Shown piece after piece: positions 23,376 to 37,141 of a DNA stretch of 47,436 nt (position 1 is the first letter of the stretch; the number at the start of each line of letters is the position of its first letter). A model generated the notes under the pieces. That model was not told the DNA's origin. It saw only the letters and a list, made by a program, of their open reading frames with translations, and made no database searches. The stretch covers positions 1 to 47,436 of the forward strand of contig JTLS01000018.1 of assembly GCA_000826855.1 (NCBI GenBank), given 5' to 3'. Made by a program: the position numbers and the translations under genes. This DNA is from Basidioascus undulatus. Its lineage: Eukaryota.

Positions 23376-26300
23376 TTAGATTGAGTTGCGACGCTCCCTC
23401 CGGCCCCTCGTGCGCGACGTTTCCACAGCTCTCCACCCCGCGTCTGTCCCGACCGGAAGCTTGCCCTCCTTGCCCAACTTACGCAGCATCTCCTGTCCAG
23501 CCTTGTAGCCGACATCGAGAATCTATACAAAATTCGATCAGATTCAGTATTGTGCAGGGAATGCGCGTAAAAAGAAAGCGATGTGTCACCTCGTTGAACT
23601 TGCCGAACTGCAGCGTTCCGTAGTTCTGCACCGGCATCTGCAGATAATGCACGCCGGGCGTCGACTTTGCCTCCTCCAGCGTCTTCACGCTTGAGACGCT
23701 GCGAGTGCGAAAACGATCCTGATCAGAAACAACGCGGAGCCCATGAGGCAAATGGGCGACGAACTAGGCCAGTCGTCCTTGGCTGCATCACAGACACTCG
23801 GTCAGCCTCGATCATTGCACAGGAATGGGAAACGGCTACCCACATCTCGGCCATTGATGGGATCTTGCTGGCCTCGCTGAAGGGGTTGAAGCGGTTCAGA
23901 AGTATCCACCCTGTACATCCAATGTAAGTAGCGTCCACAGATCTCATCGCTCGAGCTCAACTCGTACAGCCGCTGATGCTCTCGCTGTAAGACCGCGGCG
24001 AAGTGTCGTCCACCTATGCGCGAATAATCAGCTACGAACACCCTAGTGCGCTAGTTCATTGAAATACGCACCCGCCCGACGTCAACCGCGAACACCGATG
24101 CGACCCCCATGGAAAGGATGGTCGAAACGGGAAGATTGTCCACTGTGAAGTGCACAAGACGGGTGAGAAAAAGGTACAAGCGAGTTTTCGTGGAAGAGGC
24201 ACCATAGCCACCATCGACGAGCATGCTGCCTTGCTCGCAAAGCGGCGGCAGGAAGCCAGCGAGCGTCATGGATGCGCGGACGTAGCGCCAGGCGTAGCCG
24301 GACGTGTGGACGTCCATGCGACTCCAGGTGATGTTGGTCTGCAAAACAAACATAAGTGCTCGTCTCGTGTCTACCGAACGCGGAACCGAGCCTACCGAGT
24401 TGCAGAAGTAGCTGTGGGACGCAGACGTTAGCTCGACAGAACGTGCGGCATGAACGGTAGATGACACTGCACGGGATCCACATGTCCTCGATATGAGTGT
24501 TGAGGAACGCCTTGTAGACGCCACGGTTGAACTGCGGAAAGGAACGGCGCGTCAGTGGAATTGCCAGCATGACCAAAAGCTGGGATGACCATACCTCGTG
24601 GCCGGTGGTGTACGCCACGACAGGGTACGTGACGTCCGAGAGGATGCGCCAGATGCTGTTCATGCGCCCGCTGAACGCCTTCGTCCGGCCTGTGGACGAG
24701 ATGAGGTTGGCCTCGCGGGCGTACAAGCCCCCTAAGAGCAATACGTTAGCTAAGACGTGCGGATGCCGATGTTGCAACTTACCAACGAAGGCGCCGATGC
24801 TAGTGCCTCCAATCTGCGCGATACCCATGAGCACATGCGGGCAGGCGACCAGAAGGGAAAGCACCGCTACGTACCACATCCACCGGGATCCCATGCTCTT
24901 CCATCGCGCGCAGAACACCCTGCAACCGAACGTTTGAGCGGTGCCCGGCTCCAGTTGCATCGCGCGAGCTGGACGTACCAAATGCGAAATTCCTCTCGCT
25001 CCACCGCCGCCGAGGACCACACCAACCGATTTACCCGTCAACCGGCGCGCCAGCCTGGCGAAGTCGTTCTGGTGCAGCGGCTTGGTCGTGCCCACCCCGG
25101 GCGCCCGGCCGCGGTACCTCCGGATCTCCGTCTCGACTTTCTGCTTGAGGTCCTTGATTTTCTTGAGCGGGTCGGCGAGAACAGGTGCCGGTCGCACGGG
25201 GAGATCCGGGAACTCGACGTGGTGGTGAGCATGTAGCCAAGAGCGATTCTTTGGATAAGAAGAGATCAGCACATACTAGGGACGTCCACAGCGAACTTTG
25301 CGTGACGTACTTGGAGCCATGCCCGCGTCGAACCAGGCACGACGTAGCGCTCCGGATGAAGCAAGATGAGCTCCTTCCGAGCGGTCGTCTTGGCCGCGAG
25401 CAGCAAGCGCTCGTACTCGCCCACGGTAGGGTCATCGCCGGCGCCGACGAGGAAAATACAGTCGGCCTGTAGCAGCGAAGTGTCAGCGATCGGTCGTTTC
25501 AGGTCGTTCAGCAGGCGTGCTCACTTGACGTATGCAAGTCTGCGTCCACGGCGAGCTGATGGCGGTGTCCGCAACGTAAAGGACGATCTTGTACTTCTGC
25601 TCCTGCAGACCTCAAAGCACCGCGTCGTGAGCGACGTTTTAAGCAGGGCAACGCAAAGCATGCACCTGCTCGGCAAGCCAGCCGGCGATCTTCAGCTTCC
25701 CCATCTTGCTGAACGCGTGCCGCCCAAGCACGGTCATGACCGCTTCTTGATTGAGGTAGGACGTGCTCGCGCCGATGTCCTCGAGCGCGTGCTTGAGCTT
25801 GTTCGCGAAAGCGGCTACGGGAATATGCCGGTGCGACGGCAGGATGGCGACCGTCTTGAGGTTGAAGTTGTTCCTGCCGCCGACGCCCGGCAGCGCGGAC
25901 ATGCGAGGCGTGAGAGAGTGCCTGTTGCCGACTTCCTTCCGAACGCGAGAGGCGATCATGCGGAGAAGCTGAATGGTGGTCCCCGGATGACTGACGAAGC
26001 GTCGCGGTAAGCGTCAGCGTGCCTGTCATTAAGGAGTACCGGACAAAGCCATACGTACCGAAGAGAGACTGCGGAACGGCGATCAGTCCTCGACCCGTCA
26101 GCGAACCTGAACCGACTCACTGGCGTTAAACAAGGTCATGGGCATCCGGACGAGCTCGGTGTCGCGGATTGCATGCAGAGTAGACGGTCGCGGTGATCCG
26201 GTGATGACGTCGAGCTCGCCTACGCTCTGCCCTTGACCATACTCGCCGAGCACGTCGATACCGCCGCCAGGGTTCTCCACCATCGAGCGAAGCCGACCAT

Positions 26301-29300
26301 TTATGATGATGTGGAACGAGTCGGATGGGTCACCGGCGCGGTAAACGATCTGAGCCATCCAAGAGCATTAGTCAAGAGAAGCCGACCGGGTGCTAACGTG
26401 TTTACCTGTCCAGCGGAGACATGCGTCCAGTCGAGAGCGCTGTCGATTTGGAGGACTGCGTAGAGTCTGGTTTAACATCGCTCTTTACTCAAGTGGAACC
26501 CGAAAACCTCACCAAGCGGAGAGAGAAGCGAGATGAGGCGCTTCGCGAGGGTGAGGAGCACAATCGGCTTGCGCTCCATGATGCGCTCCAGCGCCGGCGT
26601 GGGAAGGAAGCCGACGTAGGCGTCCGTCTTGGCCTTGATGTCGACGTACGACGCGATGCCGGACAGGCTCGACAGGTAGCCGGCGATGCCGCCCGGGCGA
26701 ACGGTGAAGAGCGGGCGGTTGTCGGGCTTGCTGCTCTCGGCCGTGGGGCCATCGACGATGCTGTCGGAGCTGAGCTCGGGCGTGCCTTCGAAGGACGACG
26801 GCGGGAAGCGCGTCGAGCCTGCAGCTGGCGTGCGGCTGCGAGAAGGCGGGTTGCTCGAGCGCGGGTTCAACTTGGGGGTCGCGTCCCTTGCTGTCGGCGT
26901 CGGAGCAGGCTTGCTAGGCTCGTCGTCCGGCGGCACCGAAACGTCGAGGAAGCCATCTGTGAAGACGGATGAGATAGGCTAGGGAAGTAAGAGATGATGA
27001 TGGTATCGCACCAATGACGAAGAAGAGCCCTGTGCGTCCAGCCGTTAATCGACAATTCAGCCTTCGCAACAGCCGGCAGTGACGTACCCGCTGTCTCCCC
27101 AGCCTTGACGAGAGTGCTTCCAGCCTCGAAAAAGAGAATCTCGACCCTGCCGCGGAAACCATCAGCTCAGCAATGCAAGAGAGTCAAGGCATGCGACGCA
27201 CTCGTTCTCCAGCTCCTTGCTGACCTGCGCCGCGCCCCCAATCACGCTGCTCTCCGCCATGCTCTCGTCGTCGCCCATGTCGAGCATGCTCAAGTTGCCG
27301 AGCCCGGACCCTCCCAGCGCAGCGCGTTGCATCATCGACTCCGTGGACGGCAGGCGCGGGCTGGCGACGGCCGACTGTGACGGGCTCGACGCGGTCTGGA
27401 AGAGCCCGATCGACTTGGCGATGGAGTTCATGACCTCCTCGCGGAGGTCGATGTCCGCGGACTGGTTCCCCGTCTGCGCGGCGGCGCGCTGCTGCCGGCT
27501 CGGGCGAGGGGTCGCAGCGCCAAGCGGCGCGGGAGGGAAGTTCTCGGACGGACTGTGCGTCATGCTGAGGAGGTCGCCGGCGTGCACGGCCTTGCGGCCC
27601 GTCGGCGCGCGGCGGTGATTCGGGCGCTGGGGGATCGGGGCGAGAGGCGTGGGGCCGCCCGCCAGCGCAGCGGCGCTCGGCTTAGGCGGGCTGTTGGTGT
27701 TGCTGGAAAGGCGAACGTTGAAGTAATCTTCCTCCTGCTCCGAGTCGTCCTCGTCTACGCTGCCGTCGGGCGCGAACCGACCGCGAAGGCGCGCCATGCC
27801 GCCGGACGAGTAGAACTCTGGCGGAAGAGGATAGCAGGCGAGCTCGTTGATAGCTTTCTCGGTTTGGATGACCTCGTGCGTCAAGCCGAGGAAGCGGTGA
27901 GCGGTCGCGAAGGTGACACGAGAGAATCGAGTGAGGATGACTATGCTCTCCGAGGCAAGTCAGCGAAGTGTTAGAAGTCCTAGCATCGCCTCCAACCTCA
28001 CCTTGAACGATGTGAGCCGACGCCTTCGGGAACTTCTTCGTGAGCTTCTTGAACGCCGCCGCCGGAATGACCGCGAGCGTCGTATCGACCTTAGCGCGCG
28101 CGACCGTGAGAGCGGCGTTCTCGCCCTCGAGGCCTGCCTCCCTGTCGGGCGAGCCCTCGGCGCGGAATCGAGGCGACGAGATGTTGGGCGAGGGTGCATG
28201 CGAGTTGAGCGAGAAGGCGGGGATCTCGGAGTTCGGGATGGGCGAGCGAACTGGCTCGCCGCGATCAGGCGTCTGCAACGGAGGCGCGAAGTTGAGGTTC
28301 CCCGTCGAAGGCCGCGAGGCGGATTCGTCGTAGCGCAACTGGATGCCCTCGGTGAAAAGGCTCAGGCTGTGCGTCGGAAACTCTGGAATGTGAGAAAAAT
28401 CTTAGAGCAGAAGGATAGGACGTTGACATGACGCACATGGTGAAGAGGCTGCTCAGCGTTCCTCCGCTCCGGACCTCGTTGATGAGCTGCCAGCGATCGC
28501 CCTCATCCTCGTCCGTCCTGCTCTTGCTCTCCGACAGGGAGGACTCGGCAAAGACCTCCACAGCCCCGTCCACGACGATGAAGAAGCTCTTGTCCGCCGT
28601 CGAGGGCGTGAGCTGGAGCGTGTCGCCCGCCATCAGACGTCGCGTCTCGAGGTGCCGTGCGAGCTCATGGAATACCTGCGGACAACCTTCCTGCTCAGCC
28701 CTCGCTGCCATAACCCATCCCGCGGAAAGTGACGCACGGGCTTCTCTAGAAACCCAAAGATCCGGATCGCCTTCAGGAACTCGTCCAGGTAATTGCCGAG
28801 TCCCTCTCTCCCGCGGAGGCTCTCGGTAACGACGTCCGGATGAAGCTCGGTCGAGTCGGACTTCTCGAGCGGCGGCTCGCGAAGGAGGCTGTACTTGTTG
28901 AGGTAGCGGTATTTGATGAAGGCGAAGATGCCGAGGATGATTGCGAGGAGGAGGAAGAAGAGGGAGGGGAAGTTGAGCTGCGAGGCTCTGGGTCAGACAC
29001 GGGCACAGCAGACTCGGGCGAAAGGGACGAGCGAACTTGAAGAGTCAGTGAGTAGGAAAGAATGTTGTAGATTATCAAAGGCGCTCGGATAGTGAAGAGC
29101 GAAAGAAGCCACACTGTGAAAGGGAGTAGCGTTGCAGTAAGCCTTCAGGCTGCTCCGAATCCTCAGGTGCGAGGGCACGTTGAGCTCGCGGCGGTCAGCG
29201 CCTGTACGCTTCACCATTGACAACGGTGGGTCTCAATGTTTAAGAAAAACGTCTAAAGACTTCATGGGTGACGCTCAAAGGATAATCCTTTGAATCGCGG

Positions 29301-29421
29301 TCCTTTTCTTGGAGGCCAGAGGAAGACGGGGAGCCTACTCACCCACGGCGCCTAGAATGCTCGACCCAACGCCAGCTCCTTGTGTCGCTACGGCGTAAGA
29401 GCCGTCAGAGACGTCGCCCAT
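23376..29421 (-). CDS. NTE1: Lysophospholipase NTE1 (cNMP-binding domains + patatin domain)
   Basis: N-terminal TM segment, cNMP-like domains ([43 protein letters not shown]), and patatin motifs GGGGARG, GGTSIGA and DGGY..NLP. Ends RRNSI*. Many introns, including a 10-nt micro-exon at 26059-26068. The start exon is inferred. Confidence 0.93.
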
Positions 29422-29523
29422 GTTGAATAGGCCGGAAGTATTGATGCTGGTTTGGGCAAGAAGGTGAGTGGATGGAAGAGTGTGGAGCAGGCGAACTCGA
29501 ACAGAAGGGACAGGTCGGCTTAG

Positions 29524-30588
29524 TCAGCTCGTAAACACGTGAAAGTCTACAGATCGCAGTTTCACCCAAAAATGCAGACTGTCGCTATAGCCACAAGCCC
29601 AGGACCAAGAACCAGATAAGGAGTACTGCTTTTTCAAGCCTTTTACTGGGTCTAGCGCTTTACAGTCCTGCTGCAAACGTCCCATGAAGAAACGAAGTGT
29701 GCTCCCTTTGCTCTCATGACCCTTCCAATCGCTGTCGCTGTCCCAAACCGTCCCGGCCGCAACCTCCTTCTCATGCCATCGAGCTTTTGTAGTAATGAAC
29801 TTTACACGGCGAGGCTCAGGAAAGATCTCGCAAAAACGTTCTTCGAGGCTAGCTTGGATCTCCTTGCCGAAGCGTTCCTGCTCTGGAATAACCAAGGTAA
29901 TCTGCTTCACAGACGGAACCCTCTCGACGAGGCACTGAATGCCATCAAAGGGACAGCCGATGAGACACCAGTTCCACCGAATAGCAACGACCACGTTCGA
30001 GAGGCGCGGCATCTGCGCAAAGGCGTCGATGATACCGGGTTGGCGCAGATCGCGCTCGACAACGGACAAGTGGGTGAGGCCTATGGAGTTTCTGGCGAGC
30101 GTATCGAACAAATATAGACTGGATGAGTCAGAGTGAAGCTCTTCAAACCTGGATGGCAAGCAACGAGGTCTGTGAAAAAAGATCCTCAAACCTGTCGTTC
30201 TGGAATAACTGCATCACGGCCAGTCGCTCGAGGTTCGGTGCATACGATATCAGAACAGTCAGGATGCCGCAAAAAGTGGTCATGAATGGTTCAGCTATGA
30301 ATACGTAGGACAAGAAGATGGAGCGGGTGTGATTGAGAAGCTGCGAGTTTCGCTGAACCGTGCGGGAAAAGATATTAAAGCTCTGAAGATCGGGGCCCGG
30401 GTGATGCGGCGTGACTGCGTGATAGTTGATTGGGAAGTAGAGCTTTGGCTCAGCGATACACCTGAGATACGAGACAGAGCGATGCCAGCGTGGCCGAGTC
30501 CCGTCCATAGGCGCGAGGGTAACGGCGGGGTCGCGACTTGCCCGATGATGAGCCCGATCACGTCGAGAGGGAGCTCTGGCACGGTCAT
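29524..30588 (-). pseudogene. Intronless F-box-like / RNI-like protein with two frameshifts
   Basis: MTVPELPLDVIGLII (F-box-like start)...ALSRIS shifts at ~30465 to RCIAEPKLY...YAPNLERLAV. It shifts again at ~30160 to LPSRFEELH...LTHLSV...MPRLSNVVV. No splice signals at either break. Confidence 0.6.
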
Positions 30589-31918
30589 CTTAGTAAGAGG
30601 GCAGAGGTGATTTTTTTTGAAGAGAGATTTTGGGTTGAATGAAATGGGATGAGTGGATGAATCTGAAGGTCCTGGGGATGATGATGGTCCGGTGGCAAAA
30701 GGCGCGAGTGGCAGATCCGGGCTCGGACGCAGCACCGCGGCTTGTGGGCTCTATTCGCCATCACGGACTGTCCTTTCGAGTCTCTGAAATTCCTCAATTG
30801 TGTCCCCGAGCTCTGCGCGCCAACCTTTCGAACATTCCCTTGTTTCCTCAAGGTCCTCTCCGGCCTCTCCTCGCTTCTCGTTCGTCTCCAACCCTGCGTT
30901 GGCGGCTGTGAGGACGAAACGGGGCATCCTGTGAACCGAGAATTATTTGTAAGGCTATGATTTAGAAAGGTAGAACAACGCCTACGTCTTGGGGAACGGA
31001 AGCACGGACATGGTAACAATGACCGACCCTTCCCAGTACGCTAACTTCACTATGCTGCAAGTGTGAACACGACAATCGTGGCATGTTAGATTGTCTAAAA
31101 TAGACCATAAAACCATAGCTGCGGGCGGCTAGGTAGATACAAACTCTTTAAGAGAGCCGTGCGTTGCTAGACTTGTTGATGATTTTTGAAAGGCTTTGCA
31201 AGGTCGCAGAGCGATGATTTATGTCCCCCTTTTCTTGCGCGTCAGCTTGAATTGACCGGGAACTGAGAAAGATATCCGTTGACTAAATATTCGTGGTCTC
31301 CATATCAGCATCATGGAGACAGACTGCCTCTCATGGTGGTGCATGGCCGTAAGCACTTCACCTGCACAAACACACACCGCCGGTGCAACCGTTCAGGATA
31401 ATCTCTCTTCTCCCTTCAAGGTTATTAAGGCGCTTAGTACCCGGAGTCAATAATTTGAGGACCAATTCGCGTGGCTGCTCCGTCCGCTTCCCGATAACGC
31501 AGCGCGTGCACACAGCGGTGTCACGTCCAGAACAGACGGCATCGACACTCAGGACGAGCCTGGAAATAGGATATCTGGGCTTGGCATTGTTTGAACACAG
31601 CTGTTTACAGGCGGACGGGCGGACGGTCCTGGAGGCGAGGACCAGAGAAAGTCATCGTTCTCGTGGCGGCGTGTCCTGCCTGGCCCGCTGAAGGGCCATG
31701 ATCCGTGAATCTTGTGACGAATTGTGTCCGCTTTTCCGCAGCATGGTCTCCGTGACCGTCCGCCGCCGCGTCCGGCGATACTCCCAGCAACATTGATCGA
31801 AGGCTACCATTGCGAAGGCCTCAGATGCACGTTCTATCTGCCAGCCACAAAATATGTGCTACTCGGCTACTGCGCGCTCGTACGCCCGCATCTGTCTTTG
31901 CCTCCCATCTCTCCCGAT

Positions 31919-34900
31919 ATGGCCGAAAAGTCGAAAATCCTCAGCTCCACTGTCGAAAAGGATGTTGGAGAGCCGCCCTATTCTGTGACCATCCACGATG
32001 CCCATGAGCATGCCGTGCCCGGTGAACGAGGCCTCAAGCGGGGCCTGAAGAACCGGTGCGCAGGAGATGCGACCAGGTGGTACTTGTAGCTCGGTAGTTG
32101 CTCACATGGATTCCGTCGTTGCAGGCATATTGCCATGATCTCTATCGGTAGGTTGTATGTCGTACTTTCCCAACTCAAGAAAGGATTGCTTACGGGGCTG
32201 GTGGGTTGGGCAGGAGGGGTCATCGGCACAGGTCTCTTGTAAGAGTGTTCTGCTTGTTGCCCAAAAACATGAGGTAACCTAACATGTTTCCGCAGCTTGG
32301 TGAGTATCAGGAAACCGTATCACATTGCGCAAGACTGAACCACAATCTGGCGTTTCAAGGGCACAGCCGGTGCGCTCCAGCGTGGCGGGCCGTTAGGTCT
32401 CTGGCTGGGTAAGATGCAGCATTTTAATCCTCAACAAGCGCTGTGTATATGGTTTTTTTTTTGGTCCTGATAGATCCCATAAACAGGCTACTGTGTCATC
32501 GGCAGCGTCGCGTACTCTGGTCAGTTGGAACCTGTCTTTTACAGATAATGCTCATCTTGAACTTGCATACACAGTCATGATCGGTCTCGGCGAGGTCCGT
32601 TGCGACATGATACTTCTGGAACAATCAAATTGAATTGAAGGGATGTGGGGCAGATGGTCGCCTTGCTTCCCGTCGAAGGTGGTCATATCAAGCTTGCCGA
32701 GCGTTTCGTGTAGGTCTGCGTCTGGCTTGTATAACGACAAGATCATTTGCTGATCGTGATGGGCGGTCGGAGTGATCCGAGCTGGGCCTTTACTATGGGC
32801 TGGAACGTGGGTATACCTCCTTCCACTACGCTTGACCGCGTTCGCTGAGAATATCTTGCTCGGCAGTACGCTTTCAACTGGCTCCTGATCTTGCCAGCCG
32901 AGCTCAGTGCGGCTGCGGTCCTGATTTCTTACTGGGACAAAAACACCTCTGCGGCCGTCTATATCATTGTCTGCCTTGTGGTCGTGGTCTTCATCAACGC
33001 CCTGTGCCTTCTGTTTTTCTTGATCACTGCACATTGGCTTAGCTGACGCCTTTCCATTGCAGCGGGCCTGGGGCTTACGGTGAAGCGGAATTCTGGTGAA
33101 TGTGGTGCTTCGGTTGGTGAGAGAATCGCACTGACCAAAAAGCTCCTCCATTTTCAAGGTTTGCGTCGATTAAAGTCCTCACGGTCGTTGGCCTGATCAT
33201 CCTAGGCCTTGTGTACGCGTCTACTACCTGCCAGGGTGCGTTCCAATCATTGACGAGCACGGCGGTCCACAGTATCGATCTGGGTAAGGCCCCTCCATCT
33301 TTTACGATATCCTCCTCTCACTACACCTCATGGTTGCAGGCGGAGGACCCAACCACGATCGTCTCGGCTTCCGCTACTGGAAAGACCCGTGCGTTATCCC
33401 CAGCTGACAGAAGACGCGTACCACGTCCGTGTACTGATGGTTCGTGACATGTACAGTGGCCCTTTTGTTCAGTATCTTGGATATAGCGGGGCGAAAGGTC
33501 GCATCCTCGGCTTTTGGTCCAGCGTAGGTCGTTGGGCTGTGTAGACAAGGGGCCCGGACACAACTGACCACTGGACACTTCAGTTGACTCAAGCTGCTTT
33601 CAGTTATATCGGTCTTGGTACGCTTTTTACGTATGGATAGACTGCAGAAGTACTGATGGTAGTACCGTACAGAAATCGTTGCGATCGCTGCCGTGCGTCC
33701 CTGCTCTCCAGTGGGCTTCCTCAGCACCGTTTTCCTGAAGGTCGGTAGTGTGCTACACAGGGAGAGACGAAGAACCCTCGCCGGAACATCCCGAAAGCCA
33801 TCAAGCGTGTCTACATCCGTATCCTACTCTTCTACCTTGCAAGCCTCCCTTTCCCCCATCCTTCCGACTCACAGCTCACATCAAGCTGCTGAAAACGACT
33901 TGATCGTCCACACAGTTCGGGACTTTCGTCCTAGGATTGATCGTCGCCAGCAACGACCCGGGTCTTGACATTCAGGACGGAACCGCCGCTGGGTCTCCTT
34001 GGGGTGAGCAACTGAAATAGCGTCGCTGCGAATTATAAACGGTTGTGTTGACAGTCCTGTTTCGCAGTCATTGCCATCAAGAACAGCGGCATCTCGGGAC
34101 TACCTCATCTTATCAATGCATGCATCCTGACAAGGTGAGTGCTGTAGCAGGCTAACACTTGCCATTCACTCTCATTGTCCCTCGATCGCCCCACAGCGCC
34201 TGGTCAGCCGGCTCTTCGGTAATTTTCCTATCCGCCTTTGGCTTCCCTGGGACTACACTTACATGACACGCTCAGGATATCTACACATCCTCCCGCGCGC
34301 TCTACGTGCGTCTGAGCCCCCCCTGTCGGTCTGCCTTCCGAGCTTTTGAGCCCGCTGTACTCCGCAGGCCCTTGCTCTCAGCCGTTCTGCCCCTGCCGTG
34401 TTCAAGAAAACCACGAAGCACGGTCTGCCCTGGGCAGCCGTGACTGTAGCTTCGCTTTTTGGCCTGCTGGCTCTGATGAGCATCGACTCTGGTGCTGGGA
34501 AGGTCTTCAACTGGTGAGCATCGTCCTGCCCCACATCCACCTCCTTTCCTTCATCCGGGCCTCTGATCGTTTCCGTATCGACCAATGTCCAGGTTCGTGA
34601 ACTTGACCGCCGTAGCCGGTTCGTCCTTCCTAAATATTGCTGTTCATGCTCGGTATTGATATTGTCTCAGGCCTCATGACCTGGTTCGGCATTTCCATCA
34701 CCTACTTGCGCTTCTAGCGAGTCCTCCACTCCTCCAATACCCGTCCCTAGGCCACACACAGCATTCTGATGAAACTCCTTCTCCAGCTACGGATTGAAGC
34801 TCCAAGGAATCGACCGGTCCGACTTTCCTTACCGAAGCGCCCTTAACGTCAGCTTGCTGCGCTTCTTCATGAGCAAGTGCCTCCGACTGCGTTGCTGAAC

Positions 34901-35524
34901 CTCGTCGTTCCAGCCATACGCGGCTTGGTGGGCGGCCTTTGCGACTTTCACTGTGTATGATCTGTTGCTCAGTCCTTCAAAGCAGGCCTCGGCGGGACGT
35001 CTGACCTTGCTTGACTGGCAGGTGCTTCTTCAGCGGCTACACCGTCTTCCTGAACGCGAGTCCTCCAGCTCTCGTTCTTACGCAACCCATCTCTCATGCA
35101 CTTCTTTCTGCAGGGCAAATGGGACACCGCCAGGTAACTCAGGCTTTCATCTCCTTTTTCTTTCTTACTGAAATTCAAGACTCACTTCTTTCTTGAAGTT
35201 TTGTCACGAACTATCTACCCCTTCCCCTCTTCTTCATCCGTTCGTCTTTCTCCTCCCTCCCCAGAACCCTGAAGCCATGGCTAACCCACGCCCTTCAGTC
35301 TACCTCGGCCACAAGCTTATCTATAAGACGAAGCTCGCCCGCACGCACAACATGGACTTCATTTCTGGTAGGCCGCTCCTCAATCTGCCAACGATGAAAA
35401 GCAAACTACTGACCAACTGGTTCTGACTGCGGCATGCTCAGGCGTCAAGGAGGCAGAGGCGACCGACATCCCCGAGCCGCCGCCTGTTGGATTCTTTGCA
35501 AAGGTGTGGGACAAGATCATGTAG
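31919..35524 (+). CDS. Amino acid permease (APC superfamily, YAT family), 32 exons
   Basis: The fully spliced frame gives LKRGLKNRHIAMISIGGVIGTGLFLGT, GEAEFWFASIKV, GGGPNHDRLGFRYWKDPG, AGETKNPRRNIPKAIK and SSRALY, ending FAKVWDKIM*. It requires a 4-nt exon (32296-32299) and GC donors at 33839, 34717 and 35056. Confidence 0.93.
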
Positions 35525-35890
35525 ATGACGGTTGATAGTGGCTGTGCAGGCCGAGTTGGGGGGGTGGGAGGCACAATATCCACCGCGCGAAAGGGGGTGA
35601 GGGGGGTTCGTTTTCCATTTTCGTGTCTGAGGTGGTGGTTTCATACACGCTTTGTCGGGGTCGCAAATACTTTGAGACGGTGCATTTTCGTTGGTAACGC
35701 AGTACTCGAACGTACATAGACGCAATTCGCGCTGCTGGAAAGCTCTGCGGCACTACAGGGTCCGCTTACCGGCTGTTGAGAGCAGGGTTGAGCCCTGAAC
35801 CTCACCAGCCAGCCGACGACACCTTCTTCAGATAGCAAACACGGTCCGCAAGGTCCTTAATTCTGCATACCCTGCCCCACGCCCGTGCCA

Positions 35891-37141
35891 TCACTTCCTC
35901 CTCTCCGCCCTCCACTTGAACACCCGGACCTTCCCCTCCCTCCCCTCCTGCTCGCCATCCTCGATCGCCGTGCCCTTCCTGCCACCGACCAGCTTCTTCT
36001 TCGCGCCCTTGCCCATGAGCGCGCGCGTGAGCTCGAGCTCCCGGCTCGCACGCGTCAGGTCCGCCGAGCGCTTTAGGCGCGCTGAGAGCTCGGTGAGGAG
36101 CTTGGTGAGGGTTTTCTGCGAGGAGAGAAGGGGAAAGGGGAGGAGGGTCAATACGTGGGGAGAGGAAGGGAGGACCGGAGAAGGGGATGGAGAACTCACT
36201 TCGGTCGCGGCTACCCGGGCGGCGGTGACTTCTTCCTCGTCTGGCGACTCGGCGGTAGCCGACTTCCTCCTCCTCTTCTTCTTTCCGTCGTCCTTCCATC
36301 CCAGATCCACGTCCTCCTCCTCCTCCCCCGCATCCTCCCCCGCTGGGCCGTTCAGCGTCAACCGGCTACTGCTCGGGCGGTATTTCCGGACTGCCCGCCC
36401 CGCCGACGCCTCAGCTAAATGCCCCCACGCGGTCCAGCAACCGAAACCGACGCACCTTCCTCCTCAGTCTCCTTAAACACAACATGCCCCGCCTTTTGTT
36501 TCCCCTTCCCCTTCCGCTCGGGAGGGATGAGCCCGACCTCCCGCAGCGCCGCCTCCTGCGCGTCCGAGATACCCAGGTCCTCCCGCGCGTCCGCGGAGGC
36601 GAGCGACCCGAGCGGGACGAGCGCCGCGAGTGCGTTCTTGATGCGTTCAATTTTCTGTGTGGACAAGTCGGATGATGCGGAGAGAAGATGGGGCGTTGAG
36701 CGGGAGCCGGGCAGAGAAGGAGAGAGAAGACGTACGTTCAGCCCGATCGCACGCTGCATGTTGATGTACCCCGAGTCCTGCGTCTTGAGCACGCGAACTA
36801 GGTCCGTCGGAAGGGGCGTGTTCCCTCGATCCTGAACGTGCATGCCTTTCTGTTTCCTCCATCTCCTCATCAGCGTCCCGTCACCATCCACCAGGGGAGA
36901 TCATCCGACGACGGACCTGCGTCTTCGAGCTGATCATGCCAAAGTAGAACTCGTCCTTGTTGCGCATCGCCGCCTTCTCGCGGAGAACCTTGATCCGGTC
37001 CTGCTTGGAGTGGTAGTCCCGCGCACGCTTGACATAGTCCTTATGCTTCTCGAGATGGCCAAGCTTGGACCGGTGCGCGAGCTGCCCGCGCTCTTTGTGG
37101 TTGCGCCGCGACACAGCGTTGCGTAGGGAGGAGCCGACCAT
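35891..37141 (-). CDS. UTP11: U3 snoRNA-associated protein 11 (SSU processome)
   Basis: N-terminus [44 protein letters not shown]...[10 protein letters not shown], then VLKTQDSGY, and C-terminus [11 protein letters not shown]. Four exons. Confidence 0.93.

Noticed and set aside
24082..25272. 396-aa ORF as a stand-alone gene
   Set aside because: It is NTE1 exons read through in-frame introns.
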